DNA from: Gemmatimonas sp. | GTDB lineage: Bacteria > Gemmatimonadota > Gemmatimonadetes > Gemmatimonadales > Gemmatimonadaceae | Reading direction: 5' to 3' | DNA length: 64,000 nt | NCBI GenBank assembly: GCA_965279375.1 | Contig: OZ257156.1 | Span: forward strand, 2,432,001-2,496,000 | Shown here: in pieces, positions 50,593-60,590 of the stretch | Layout: each line of letters opens with the position of its first letter | Position numbering within the stretch: the first letter of the stretch is position 1 | Notes under the pieces: generated by a model | The model's input: the letters and a program-made list of their open reading frames with translations, nothing else | What the model was told of the DNA's origin: nothing | Database searches by the model: none | Translations under genes and position numbers: made by a program

Positions 50593-52033
50593 GGCGTCGG
50601 CGCCCACCGCTCTTCTGGTCCTCATTGCAGTAGCCGTCGTCGTTCGTGCGATCGGACTGAACGACGGCTTGTGGGTCGACGAAGTCTATTCGCTGGTGCG
50701 TTCCTTCCGTGAACCGCTCGGCACGATTCTGACGGAGTACTGGGGAGACAATCATCATCCCCTGTACGCGGTGCTGGCGCACCTGAGTCGTGCGGTGTTT
50801 GGCGAGGCACCGTGGAGCGTGCGCCTGCCGGCGATGCTCTTCGGCGTGGCGACGGTGCCGATGCTGCTGCGGCTCGGCGAGCAGGTCGCGTCACGTCGCG
50901 AAGCGTGGCTCGCGGCGCTGCTGCTGGCCGTCTCGTATCACCACGTCTGGTTCTCGCAGAATGCGCGTGGCTACAGCGCGATCGCGTTCTTTGCGGTGGC
51001 GACGCTCTGGGCGCTGCTGCGCGCTGTACGCGGCGGGGGGACAGGCTACTTCGTGCTGTACGCGGTGCTGGGTGCGCTGGGCGCGTACACTCACCTCACC
51101 ATGATTTTCGTCGTGGTCGGACACGCGATCGCAATGACGATGTGGCTGTTGACCGGTGCTGACTCAGGCGATCGAGGTCGATTGCTGCGCGGCGCGCTGG
51201 TGGCGTTCGGGCTGTCGGCGGTACTGACGGTCGCGCTCTATGCCCCGATGCTGTCCGATGTGATCGCGTTCTTCACGCAGCAGCGCTCGGGAATGAAGGG
51301 CGTGTCGACCCCCGGGTGGGCCGCGCTGGAGCTGGTGCGTGGACTGCTCGTGGGATTGGGGGCAGGTGGGGCGGCGGTGGCCGTGGTGGTGCTGGTGTGC
51401 GGGGCCGCCGTGGCGGGCATGGGATTGTTTTCGCTGTGGCGATCGCAGCGCCTGTTCATTCTGGCCGTGCTGGCGCCGGTGCTCGTGACGATCGCCGGAG
51501 CCTTGGCAACACGCGGGACGATGTATCCCCGGTTCTTCTTTTTCGCGATCGGGCCGGCCGTGCTGATCGCGGTGCACGGTACGTTCGAGAGCGCCCGGTG
51601 GCTGGCGGCACGATGGCCGCGCGGCGTGAGCGGCGACCGACTGGCGTCGCTCGGCGTTTCGCTGGCGATCCTGCTGTCTGCCCTGTCTCTGACGGCCAAC
51701 TATCGTTTCCCGAAGCAGGACTTCGAGGGGGCGATGCGCTATGTGTTGGCGGAGCGCGGGGCCGGGGATGCGGTCGTCACGACCGGGATCCCGTCGAACC
51801 CCCTGAATACCTTGTACCGGCAGCCATGGCCCGTCGTCAATACTCGGACTGCGCTCGACTCGGTACGTTTCGCCGTACCGCGCACCTGGGTGATCTGGAC
51901 GTTCCCACGGATCCTCGAGCGCAGTGCGCCTGACATTGCCGCACTCCTGGCACAAGAGTGCCCGCAACCTCGAACGTTCCGCGGAACGGTGGGTGGCGGA
52001 GATATCCTCGTTTGCATGCTCAATCGACCATGA
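50576..52033 (+). CDS. GT-C fold glycosyltransferase (PMT_2/GT39-like)
   Basis: LWVDE..S after TM1, [24 protein letters not shown]; about 11 TM segments. Confidence 0.8.
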   Translation: MSSKTEASAPTALLVLIAVAVVVRAIGLNDGLWVDEVYSLVRSFREPLGTILTEYWGDNHHPLYAVLAHLSRAVFGEAPWSVRLPAMLFGVATVPMLLRLGEQVASRREAWLAALLLAVSYHHVWFSQNARGYSAIAFFAVATLWALLRAVRGGGTGYFVLYAVLGALGAYTHLTMIFVVVGHAIAMTMWLLTGADSGDRGRLLRGALVAFGLSAVLTVALYAPMLSDVIAFFTQQRSGMKGVSTPGWAALELVRGLLVGLGAGGAAVAVVVLVCGAAVAGMGLFSLWRSQRLFILAVLAPVLVTIAGALATRGTMYPRFFFFAIGPAVLIAVHGTFESARWLAARWPRGVSGDRLASLGVSLAILLSALSLTANYRFPKQDFEGAMRYVLAERGAGDAVVTTGIPSNPLNTLYRQPWPVVNTRTALDSVRFAVPRTWVIWTFPRILERSAPDIAALLAQECPQPRTFRGTVGGGDILVCMLNRP

Positions 52034-52989
52034 CGAAGCTCATCATCCAGATTCCGTGCTACAACGAGGCGGAGACGCTGCCTCCAACGCTGCACGATCT
52101 GCCACGTCACATCGATGGCGTCGACGTCATCGAGTATCTGATCATCGATGATGGCAGCCGAGACGAGACGTCTGCGGTCGCGCGGACGCACGGCGTGCAT
52201 CATGTGGTGAAGTTTTCGCGCAACCGCGGTCTGGCCGCGGCGTTTCGCGCGGGCATCGAGGAGTCGCTGCGGCAAGGTGCGGACATCATCGTCAACACCG
52301 ACGCGGACAACCAGTATCAAGCGCGTGACATCGCGACGCTGGTAAAGCCGATTCTCGAGGGGCGGGCAGAACTCGTCGTCGGCGATCGCGGCGTTGGCTA
52401 CCTGCCGCACTTCTCGGCGATCAAGCGCAAGCTGCAGGTCTTCGGCAGCTGGGTGATTGGCCGAGCGGCGGAGCTCAAGACCCCGGATGCCACGAGTGGA
52501 TTCCGCGCCATGTCACGCGATGCGGCGCTGCGCACGGTGGTGCTGAGCAACTACTCGTACACGCTCGAGTCGCTCATTCATGCCGGCAGTCGCAAGGCGT
52601 CGGTGCATTTCGTGCCGATCGGCATCAATCCGCAGACGCGACCGTCGCGGCTCATGAAGTCGATTCCGCACTACATCCGCAAGTCGGGGATAACGATCCT
52701 GCGGGCGTACACCATGTATCGTCCGCTGCGGGTGTTCAGTGCGATCGGTGCGTTGCTCGTCGGTCTCGGGCTCATCCCGGCAGTTCGCTTCGTGTATCTC
52801 TACTCGATCGGCGAACGAGTGGGGCACATTCAGTCGCTCATTCTCGCGGCGATCCTGCTGGTGGTCGGCTTCCAGGTTCTGCTGATCGGTCTTCTGGCCG
52901 ATTTGACGGCGAACAATCGCAAGTTGATCGAAGAGACGCTCTATCGTGTGAAGAAGCTCGAAATGAATCGCGACCAGGGCGGGCAGTAG
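52030..52989 (+). CDS. GT2 glycosyltransferase (polyprenyl-phosphate sugar synthase-like, two C-terminal TMs)
   Basis: [40 protein letters not shown]-coupled start 52030. Confidence 0.88.
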   Translation: MTKLIIQIPCYNEAETLPPTLHDLPRHIDGVDVIEYLIIDDGSRDETSAVARTHGVHHVVKFSRNRGLAAAFRAGIEESLRQGADIIVNTDADNQYQARDIATLVKPILEGRAELVVGDRGVGYLPHFSAIKRKLQVFGSWVIGRAAELKTPDATSGFRAMSRDAALRTVVLSNYSYTLESLIHAGSRKASVHFVPIGINPQTRPSRLMKSIPHYIRKSGITILRAYTMYRPLRVFSAIGALLVGLGLIPAVRFVYLYSIGERVGHIQSLILAAILLVVGFQVLLIGLLADLTANNRKLIEETLYRVKKLEMNRDQGGQ

Positions 52990-54008
52990 TGTCCAGCGAA
53001 CAGCCGGCGACCAAACGGCGCTCGATGCTCAAGCATCCGGCCGTTCGGATCGGCCTCAGCGCGGCGGTGCTCGGCCTGCTGTTTACCGCGCTGCCGTTTG
53101 CGGATATCGCGGCGGCGATCAAGCGCGTGCCGGTGTTGGTGTGGCCGACCGCGCTCGCGATGTACATGTCGTTGCATCTGATCGGCGTGATCAAGTGGCG
53201 ACTGCTCGTGAACGCTGCCGGCGCCGGGTTGACGCTTCGCACGGCGGCGCGGGCGTACTACATGGGGTTGTTCGGCAACACGTTCCTGCCTTCGATCGTC
53301 GGCGGCGACGTGGTGCGCGCCGGCGTGGCATTTCGCGCGACGACGTCAAAGAGTGGCTTGGTGCTCGGGAGTCTGGTCGATCGGTTGCTCGACGTCATCG
53401 GTCTCGCGGCGGTCGCCGGGATCGGCGCGCTTCTGTCGCCGCGCGCGCTCGATGCACAGAGTCGCCGGATTTTCCTGACGCTGTTCGCCGTGCTTGTCGT
53501 TCTGGGCATCGGGGCGGGCATAGCGGTCGCGCTCATGCCGGTGCGCCGGTTGCCATGGAAGGTTCGCCGCAAGCTGGTGGCGGTACGCCGGGCGATTCTG
53601 GCCACGGCGAGCAATCCGCAGGTGCTGGTGGCGGCCTTCGTGCTTGGCATGGCGCTGCAGTCGTTGCTGACGATCATGAACTGGTGGTTGGGGCGCGTGA
53701 TCGGCATCGACATTCCGATCTACGTCTGGCTGTTCGTGTGGCCGCTGGCCAAGGTGGCGGGCCTGCTTCCGTTGACGCAGAACGGCATCGGGGTGCGGGA
53801 GGCGGCGCAGGCCGCGCTGTTCGCCCCGTTCGGCGTGTCGGCGGCGGCGGCCGTCGCGACTGGCCTTGTCTTCGAGGTGGTCATCATCTCGGGTGGCTTG
53901 CTGGGCGGCGTATTCGCGTGGCTGCTCAGCGCCTCGACGCAGGAGCGCGCTGCCTTGCGGGCCAGCAGTCAGGGGGCTCCGGTGGGGGCGGGCGATATAG
54001 TGGCGTAG
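52989..54008 (+). CDS. Lysylphosphatidylglycerol-synthase TM / UPF0104 flippase-like protein
   Basis: KWRLL, GLFGNTFLPSIVGGDVVR, DRLLD and LPLT.NGIGVRE motifs. Confidence 0.82.
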   Translation: MSSEQPATKRRSMLKHPAVRIGLSAAVLGLLFTALPFADIAAAIKRVPVLVWPTALAMYMSLHLIGVIKWRLLVNAAGAGLTLRTAARAYYMGLFGNTFLPSIVGGDVVRAGVAFRATTSKSGLVLGSLVDRLLDVIGLAAVAGIGALLSPRALDAQSRRIFLTLFAVLVVLGIGAGIAVALMPVRRLPWKVRRKLVAVRRAILATASNPQVLVAAFVLGMALQSLLTIMNWWLGRVIGIDIPIYVWLFVWPLAKVAGLLPLTQNGIGVREAAQAALFAPFGVSAAAAVATGLVFEVVIISGGLLGGVFAWLLSASTQERAALRASSQGAPVGAGDIVA

Positions 54009-54297
54009 ACGGGCTTCTGGGCCCCGCCATGTGGCAGTGACGCCCATTAAGGTTGCGCTGTGTCGACACCAGCCACGCGCGGAATGGAAACGGAGTTGGC
54101 CGTCGGTCCCGAGACACCGTACTTTGTTCGTGCTGTGTGAGGGTTTGCGCATGAGTTCGAGCGGTGGCCGTGACGATTTCACGGCGGCCTGAGCTATGGC
54201 ACCGACTTTGCTCACAGATCTCCGAACCAGTCGTCAGCGGTCCGCCGAATCCCGATGCTGCACTCCCTCCAGCGCCTTTGACGCGAGCGTTTACCGC

Positions 54298-55107
54298 ATG
54301 GTGACAACCTCCAACTCACCAACCACTCCGGTGACGGATGATGCGACCTGCCTGGTCGACGTCGTCATTCCGGTGCTGAACGAGGCTCGCGTACTCGCGA
54401 AGAGCGTCGAGGAGGTGCGGCGGTTCCTTGGCGCGAACGTGAGCTGGCGTTGGCGCGTGGTGGTGGTCGACAACGGGTCGACCGATGGGACCGACGAAGT
54501 GGCACGCGGCCTGGTGGCCAAGTACGACGACGTGCGCTTTCTGCAGCTGCCGCAGCGCGGGCGAGGGCGTGCGTTGCGCTTCGCGTGGACACAGAGCGAC
54601 GCGGACATCCTCTGCTACACCGACGTGGATCTCTCCACCGAGCTCGCGGCGCTGCCGGTGCTGGTGCATGCGCTGCTCCACGAGGGCTACGATCTCGGCA
54701 CGGGCTCGCGTCTGATGCGGGCGTCACGCACGAAGCGCTCGTTCAAGCGCGAGTTCATTTCGCGCGGCTACAACCTCATCGTCAAGCTGGTCCTCGGCAC
54801 CACCTTCAGCGACGCGCAGTGCGGCTTCAAGGTCCTCACGCGTGAACTCGTGCGGGACATCATTCCGCAGGTGAAGGACGAGTCGTGGTTCTTCGATACC
54901 GAACTGCTGGTGTTGGCGGAGAAGCAGGGGTATCGACTCAAGGACCTGCCGGTGGAATGGATCGAGGACGACGACAGTCGCGTGAAGATCGTGAAGACGG
55001 CGGTGGACGATCTGAAGGGCGTCTGGCGCCTGCGCATGGCGCTGTGGAGCGGTGCCGCGGTCCCTCGTGGTGAGGCGGCGGTCGCCGTCTCCAAGCGCGT
55101 TGGTTGA
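54298..55107 (+). CDS. Dolichyl/polyprenyl-phosphate glycosyltransferase-like GT2
   Basis: IPVLNE, DNGSTDGT, GRGRALR, YTDVDLST, SDAQCGFK, WFFDTELL and SRVKIV motifs. Confidence 0.88.
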   Translation: MVTTSNSPTTPVTDDATCLVDVVIPVLNEARVLAKSVEEVRRFLGANVSWRWRVVVVDNGSTDGTDEVARGLVAKYDDVRFLQLPQRGRGRALRFAWTQSDADILCYTDVDLSTELAALPVLVHALLHEGYDLGTGSRLMRASRTKRSFKREFISRGYNLIVKLVLGTTFSDAQCGFKVLTRELVRDIIPQVKDESWFFDTELLVLAEKQGYRLKDLPVEWIEDDDSRVKIVKTAVDDLKGVWRLRMALWSGAAVPRGEAAVAVSKRVG

Positions 55108-56071
55108 AGCGGCGGCTGCCGGCCCGTACTTCGTCACGGGGGCATCGGGATTCGTTGGGCGTCGTGTGGTGGCGGAACTTGTCCGTGCGAAGGTAGCCGA
55201 CGTCCGATTGCTCGCGCGTGACCCGGCGGCCCTCTCGGCGATGCAATTGCCGTCGTCGTGGCGTGTGGTGCGCGGCGACCTCGCCGACCCGGACATGTGG
55301 CGCGACAGCCTGCTGGGCGTCGACCGGATCCTGCATTTGGCGTCGGCCACCGGAAAGGTGCCGCGCGCGACGTACCGGAACGTGATCGTTCGGGGCACCG
55401 AACGACTGCTCTCCGCGGCGCAATCGGCTGGAGTGGCGCGCATGCTGTTCGTGAGCAGCGTCGCGGCCGGATTTCCAGATCGTCGGCACTATCACTACGC
55501 CGAGGCGAAGCGCGACGCCGAGGCGCTGGTGCTCGCGTCGGGGCTGGATAGCCTCGTCGTGCGCCCCACGATGGTGTTCGGTGCAGGCAGTGCCGTCTTT
55601 GCCGGCATGCAGAAGCTGGCAACTCTTCCGGTGCCGCTGGTGTTCGGTAGCGGGGAACTGTCCGTGCAGCCGATCCACGTGGACGATCTGGCCGCGTTGC
55701 TGCGCGTGGCGCTGATGTCGTGGACGCCGTGGCGTGGCCAGGTGGTGACGGTCGGCGGCGCGGAAGCGGTGACGACGGACGAGTTGCTGCGTCGCATCCG
55801 AGCGCTGGTCCCGTCGCGCGCCGCCGGCGCTGCCGATGCCCGTCTGCTTCACATTCCGATCGAACCGTTGCGTACTGTGCTTGCTCTGCTCGAACCACTG
55901 ATGTTGTCCGCACTCCCGTTCACGGCAGGCCAACTGGCGTCGTTCGCCAACGCCGGCGCGGCGGGCGCGGAGCCTGAGATCCTGCAGCAATGGCGGGCGG
56001 CCCTGGCTGCGCCACGCCGTTCGCTCGATGACATGCTGCGCGCGAGTGCTGCTGCATCGCAGGGAGTCTGA
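55052..56071 (+). CDS. NAD-dependent epimerase/dehydratase (extended SDR)
   Basis: VTGASGFVG, HLA, VSS, YAEAK (YxxxK), RPTMVFG, QPIHVDD. Start uncertain (55052-55100). Confidence 0.82.
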   Translation: MPRSLVVRRRSPSPSALVEAAAAGPYFVTGASGFVGRRVVAELVRAKVADVRLLARDPAALSAMQLPSSWRVVRGDLADPDMWRDSLLGVDRILHLASATGKVPRATYRNVIVRGTERLLSAAQSAGVARMLFVSSVAAGFPDRRHYHYAEAKRDAEALVLASGLDSLVVRPTMVFGAGSAVFAGMQKLATLPVPLVFGSGELSVQPIHVDDLAALLRVALMSWTPWRGQVVTVGGAEAVTTDELLRRIRALVPSRAAGAADARLLHIPIEPLRTVLALLEPLMLSALPFTAGQLASFANAGAAGAEPEILQQWRAALAAPRRSLDDMLRASAAASQGV

Positions 56072-56074
56072 CGC

Positions 56075-56533
56075 ATGCGCGCCGACGGCGTTGCCGAGAA
56101 CGAGTGCCGACTATTCACGCGCTTCCTCGCGGGCGTGGAGATGTCTCCGTATGTGCTGGCGACCTATGCGCGACTGCTGCCGACGGCCGATGTCTCGCCA
56201 CGGTCGGCTCAGCGGCTGATCGAACGGTCGCTGCTGGCGGTCTCCCACGCCGGATTGATTCCGCTTCGTGCGGCCGACATGTACGCGCGCGTTTTTCTGC
56301 CGCGATCGTTGCTGCGTCGTCGACTGGTGCTGCTGCTCGCCATTCTCGAGAACACGGAAGGAAGCGAACGTCCGCTCAACTCCGCCTACGAAGGATCTCT
56401 CGTTTCGGTCGCGCTGGAGCTGATGCTGACCGGCATTGCGAGCGGATTGTGTCTGTTGCTGGGCATCGTGATCTTCGCCCCGCTGCATTTGGTGAGTGGC
56501 GCGGGTGACGCTGCGCCGGAGCCAGCGCATTGA
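56075..56533 (+). CDS. Hypothetical protein with C-terminal TM helix
   Basis: Fills the gap between the SDR (3-nt spacing) and the GMC gene (TTGA overlap); hydrophobic C-terminus. Confidence 0.65.
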   Translation: MRADGVAENECRLFTRFLAGVEMSPYVLATYARLLPTADVSPRSAQRLIERSLLAVSHAGLIPLRAADMYARVFLPRSLLRRRLVLLLAILENTEGSERPLNSAYEGSLVSVALELMLTGIASGLCLLLGIVIFAPLHLVSGAGDAAPEPAH

Positions 56534-58149
56534 GCCGCGTGGTTGTGGTGGGTTCCGGCGCGACGGGTGTGCACTTCGCGTTGACGGCGCTGGAGCGCGG
56601 ACATGACGTAACGCTGCTGGATGTCGGCAACGAGCGGCCGGCACCCGTGCTGCCGAATGCGACGTTCGATCAGCTGAAAACGCAGCTGCCGGATCCGGCG
56701 GAGTATTTCCTCGGCGAGAATGGCGAGGGGGTGGTGTACCCCTCAACGAGTGCGTCGTACTACGGGCATCCCCCGAGCAAGCAGTACGTCTTCGACATGC
56801 CGCGTGGCTTCGACACGGCGACGACGGCGATGTCGCCGCGATTCAGCTTTGCGCGCGGCGGACTGGCCGAAGCGTGGACCGGCGGCTCGTACTCGTACAA
56901 CCGAGACGATCTGGCGATGTATCCCTTCGCCTACGAGGAGATGCTGCGTCACTACTCGACGGTGGCGCGCCGCATCGGCATTGGTGCGATGCAGGACGAT
57001 CTCGCGCAGTTCATTCCGTTCGACGACGCGTACCGCGCGCCGCTACCGCTCGATCGCCACTCGCAGTGGCTCTGGGATCGCTACCACGCACGCCGCGACA
57101 AGCTGCAGCACAAGCATGGCTTCTACCTCGGGCGGTCTCGCGTTGCGACGCTGAGTAGTGCGTTGGGCGATCGCAAAGGATGTGGGCAACTTGGGCGCTG
57201 CTTGTGGGGGTGCCCCAACGAGTCGATCTACAGCCCGTTGCACACGCTGCGCGATTGTCTGACGCACCTGCGCTTCACGTATGTGCCCGGCGTCCTCGTG
57301 CGGCACTACGAGTACGGCGAGAACGGTGCGATCACGCGCATGGTCGCGCGCCGCATGGACACGGGCGAGACGGCGTACTTCGACGGCGATCTGTTCGCGC
57401 TGGCGGCCGGTGCGCTCACGAGTTCGAAGATCGTGCTCGACTCGGCGTATCGCCGCACCGGGGCGATCGGCGTGATGCCCGGACTCATGGACAACCTGCA
57501 GATCCATGTACCGTTCCTGACGCCGGCGATGATCGGCACGGGGATCAACACCGACGCCTACCAGTTCCACCATCTGGCGTTTGGTGTGACGCGTCCCGAT
57601 CCGCTCGACTACGTGCACGGGCAGATCACGACGCTCAAGTCCGCGTCGATTCATCCAATCGTGCAGACGCTGCCACTCGACCTGCGTGGTTCGATCGCAG
57701 TGTTCCGCACGCTGCGTGCGGGATTGGCGGTGGCAAATGTGAATCTGCCGGACCGACGTCGCGAGGCGAGCCTGCTGACGATTCGCGCCGGCGCGACGGC
57801 CGCAGACGACACGCAGCTCATTGTGCGCTACAGCGAAGATGCCGCCGAGCCGGAACGCCGCGACAGCGCGGTGGGCTCAGTGAAGCGGGCGTTGACGTCG
57901 ATGGGATGCTTCGTGCCGCCGGGCATGACGCGCGTACTCCCGCGCGGGACGAGCGTGCACTACGCCGGCACGATGCCGATGTCGCACTCGCGCGGTGACT
58001 TCACCTGCGGAGCGGACGGACGCAGTCACGCGCACGAGAATCTCTACATCGTCGATGGCGCGAGCTTGCCGTTCCTGCCGTCGAAGAACCACACCTTCAC
58101 GCTGATGGCAAACGCAACGCGCGTGGCAGAGAGTCTGCCACGCGCGTAG
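56530..58149 (+). CDS. GMC-family flavoprotein oxidoreductase
   Basis: VVGSGATG, GGL..AW, C...G.C..GCP, LAAGAL.S, HYAGT.PM, NLYIVDGA...P....T.TLMANA.RVA. Confidence 0.82.
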   Translation: MSRVVVVGSGATGVHFALTALERGHDVTLLDVGNERPAPVLPNATFDQLKTQLPDPAEYFLGENGEGVVYPSTSASYYGHPPSKQYVFDMPRGFDTATTAMSPRFSFARGGLAEAWTGGSYSYNRDDLAMYPFAYEEMLRHYSTVARRIGIGAMQDDLAQFIPFDDAYRAPLPLDRHSQWLWDRYHARRDKLQHKHGFYLGRSRVATLSSALGDRKGCGQLGRCLWGCPNESIYSPLHTLRDCLTHLRFTYVPGVLVRHYEYGENGAITRMVARRMDTGETAYFDGDLFALAAGALTSSKIVLDSAYRRTGAIGVMPGLMDNLQIHVPFLTPAMIGTGINTDAYQFHHLAFGVTRPDPLDYVHGQITTLKSASIHPIVQTLPLDLRGSIAVFRTLRAGLAVANVNLPDRRREASLLTIRAGATAADDTQLIVRYSEDAAEPERRDSAVGSVKRALTSMGCFVPPGMTRVLPRGTSVHYAGTMPMSHSRGDFTCGADGRSHAHENLYIVDGASLPFLPSKNHTFTLMANATRVAESLPRA

Positions 58150-58163
58150 GGTGCATCGATGTA

Positions 58164-58191
58164 CCGCGCGAGGCGATGACCGCCCGCGCGG
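58164..58191. terminator. Hairpin between the two convergent glycosylation operons
   Basis: CCGCGCG-A-GGCG-ATGAC-CGCC-CGCGCGG between stops at 58149 and 58204. Confidence 0.45.
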
Positions 58192-58203
58192 AGGTCGGCC
58201 GCG

Positions 58204-59178
58204 CTACTTCGCCGCGAGATTATTGCGCTGATCGGCGACGACGTCCTCGATGATCTTGGCGAGGGGCGTCTTCGGGCGGAAGTTGATCGTGCGTTCGAGC
58301 TTGGTCACGTCGGGCACGCGGCGCATCATGTCCTCGAAGCCTTCCGGATACGCTTCCGTGTACGGAATGAGCTTGATCTCCGACGTGCTGCCGGCCGCCG
58401 CGCGTACCATCTCGGCGAGTTGCATCATCGACACCTCTTCGTTGGAGCCGATGTTGAACACATCGCCCACTGCCGACGGCGTGTCGAGCAGGCGCAGCAC
58501 CGACTCGACGGCGTCCTGCACATGACCAAAGCAGCGTGACTGCGTGCCGCTGCCGAAGACGGTGATCGGCTGACCGGACACGGCCTGCGCCGCAAAGTTG
58601 GGCAGCACCATGCCGTAGCGACCGGTCTGTCGCGGTCCGACGGTGTTGAAGAAGCGCACGACGATCACCGGCACGCCCTTCTCGCGCATGTACGCGAAGC
58701 CGAGCCATTCGTCCATCGCCTTGCTGCAGGCGTAGGCCCAGCGTGAGTTGCTGGTCGCGCCCAGCTGCAGGTCGTCAGATTCGGCGAAGGTGGCCTTGGT
58801 GCTCTTGCCGTAGACCTCCGACGTGGAGGCGATGAGCACGAGCTTCTGCTTCTTCGCGGCCGCTTCGAGCACCGTTTCGGTGCAACCGATGTTGGTCTCG
58901 ATGGTGTGCACGGGACGCTCGACGATGAGCCGCACGCCCACGGCGGCCGCCAGGTGCACGGTGACGTCGCAACGGTCCACGCATTCGGTCACGAGCGGCG
59001 CGTCGAGCGCGGAGCCGATGCGGTGCTCGAAGCCTTCGCGTCCGACGAGATGTTCGATGTTGCTCATGCTGCCTGTCGACAGATCGTCGAGCACGAGCAC
59101 CTTGTCTCCGCGATCAAGAATTCTCGCGGCGAGGTGTGACCCGATGAATCCGGCGCCGCCGGTGATGAAGACTTTCAC
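58204..59178 (-). CDS. NDP-sugar epimerase/dehydratase (extended SDR)
   Basis: ITGGAGFIGSHL, HLAAAVGV, ASTSEVYG, YACSK, RFFNTVGPRQ. GTG start overlaps the upstream stop. Confidence 0.92.
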   Translation of the reverse strand: MKVFITGGAGFIGSHLAARILDRGDKVLVLDDLSTGSMSNIEHLVGREGFEHRIGSALDAPLVTECVDRCDVTVHLAAAVGVRLIVERPVHTIETNIGCTETVLEAAAKKQKLVLIASTSEVYGKSTKATFAESDDLQLGATSNSRWAYACSKAMDEWLGFAYMREKGVPVIVVRFFNTVGPRQTGRYGMVLPNFAAQAVSGQPITVFGSGTQSRCFGHVQDAVESVLRLLDTPSAVGDVFNIGSNEEVSMMQLAEMVRAAAGSTSEIKLIPYTEAYPEGFEDMMRRVPDVTKLERTINFRPKTPLAKIIEDVVADQRNNLAAK

Positions 59179-60590
59179 TTTACTTCCCCGCGTGAATGAA
59201 CGGTGAGATCCGGCGGTTCGACGTTCATGGACCCAAACCGCGTTGTTTCGGGAATGCCGAGGAGCACATGGTCGACGGCTTCCGCGCCCTGCAATGCGGA
59301 ATGATCCTGATTGGAGACTTCATACTTCCACGTGCCAAAACGACCGCGACTGAGGATGCGTGCGGCGTCGAGCACCTGCTCGACCGGCGATAGCACATCA
59401 TCGCGCGTGAGCCACGGCGTAGGATAGCCGTGCTCGAGGCGACGGTGCCAGCGCGTGACGATGCGCGTGGAGTCGGAGAACAGCCGCGCGTTGCGGAATC
59501 CCTGAATCGTCTCGTCGATGATGGTGTCTGCGTTCACCGGCTTGTCCGGCGACTCGCTCACCTCTGCCATGAGCGACCACTGTTCCCCGGGACGCGGCAC
59601 GTTGTACGGCGAGTAGTTGCTGAAGACGGTGGCCCGATAGAACGGACCATTCGACTCCGGAAAGTACATCCAGCACTTGGTCTTGAGGTCGTCGGGCACG
59701 GGTCCGTCGAAGCCGACGCCGATGATGTGGCTCGACGAGTGCACGAACTTGCTGGCGAGCGGATGCAGCGCCGGCCGATCGACGATGAGCGGAATGAGCT
59801 GATCGAGCGGCATCGACGAGATGAGTGCGTCGTAGCGCTCGCTGCTTCCATCGGCGAAGTGCACGGTCTTCTCGTCCGCCTGCACGCCGACAACGCGACG
59901 GCCCAGCCCCACGTTGGACGGCGGAAGCTGATCGAACAGGCTTTGCCAGATCGCACCGGTGCCGCCACGAATGGGGAAGCGGAACGTGGCATTCGGGCCC
60001 CACGCCACATCGTCGGTGCGATTGGCGATGTTGCGCTTCACGCGTGCAAGATCGACCGTCGCCACCCGCTCACCCATCCACGAGACGTTCATCTTGGACG
60101 GATGGTACGCCCAGACCTTGCTGTTGTACGGCGTCATGAAGATGTCGCACAACCCTTCGCCGAAGCTGGCAAGCAGCCACTCGTGAAAGTTGGCAGGGGG
60201 GCGCGTTGTCGCGTGCGCAGCGACGTGCTCCAGTCCCGCGACCGCGGCGGCGATGTCAGCGTCGGGGAGGCGCCAGAGATTGTTCTGAAACGGATACGGC
60301 ACCCAGCGATCGCGGATCCACACCCATGCCTCGCGTTCATGCTCCATCCACTCGTTGCCGAGTGCCTTGGTCATGAGCCGGTCGAACCAGCGGTAGTGCG
60401 AGAAGAGCACATGGCCGCCGAGGTCCCAGGTGAAGCCGGCGTCGTCGACGATGGAGCTGGAGAGGCCGCCCGGGGTGTCCGCCGCATCCACGAGCAGCCA
60501 GTTCTGGTGGCCGTGCTCCACGAGGCGCGACGCGGCGCCAAGCCCGGTAGGGCCAGCGCCGATGATCAGGATACGCGGTGCTGTGCTCAC
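59175..60590 (-). CDS. glf: UDP-galactopyranose mutase, eukaryotic (fungal/trypanosomatid)-type
   Basis: DLGGHVLFSHY, WVPYPFQNN, PYN.KVWA, W.GERVA, WGPNATFRFP.RGGTG.IW, CW.YFPE...PFYRAT.FSNYSPYN, HGYPTP, SRGRFG.W.YEV.NQDHS match the recalled Aspergillus/Leishmania UGM motif series. Confidence 0.8.
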   Translation of the reverse strand: MSTAPRILIIGAGPTGLGAASRLVEHGHQNWLLVDAADTPGGLSSSIVDDAGFTWDLGGHVLFSHYRWFDRLMTKALGNEWMEHEREAWVWIRDRWVPYPFQNNLWRLPDADIAAAVAGLEHVAAHATTRPPANFHEWLLASFGEGLCDIFMTPYNSKVWAYHPSKMNVSWMGERVATVDLARVKRNIANRTDDVAWGPNATFRFPIRGGTGAIWQSLFDQLPPSNVGLGRRVVGVQADEKTVHFADGSSERYDALISSMPLDQLIPLIVDRPALHPLASKFVHSSSHIIGVGFDGPVPDDLKTKCWMYFPESNGPFYRATVFSNYSPYNVPRPGEQWSLMAEVSESPDKPVNADTIIDETIQGFRNARLFSDSTRIVTRWHRRLEHGYPTPWLTRDDVLSPVEQVLDAARILSRGRFGTWKYEVSNQDHSALQGAEAVDHVLLGIPETTRFGSMNVEPPDLTVHSRGEVK

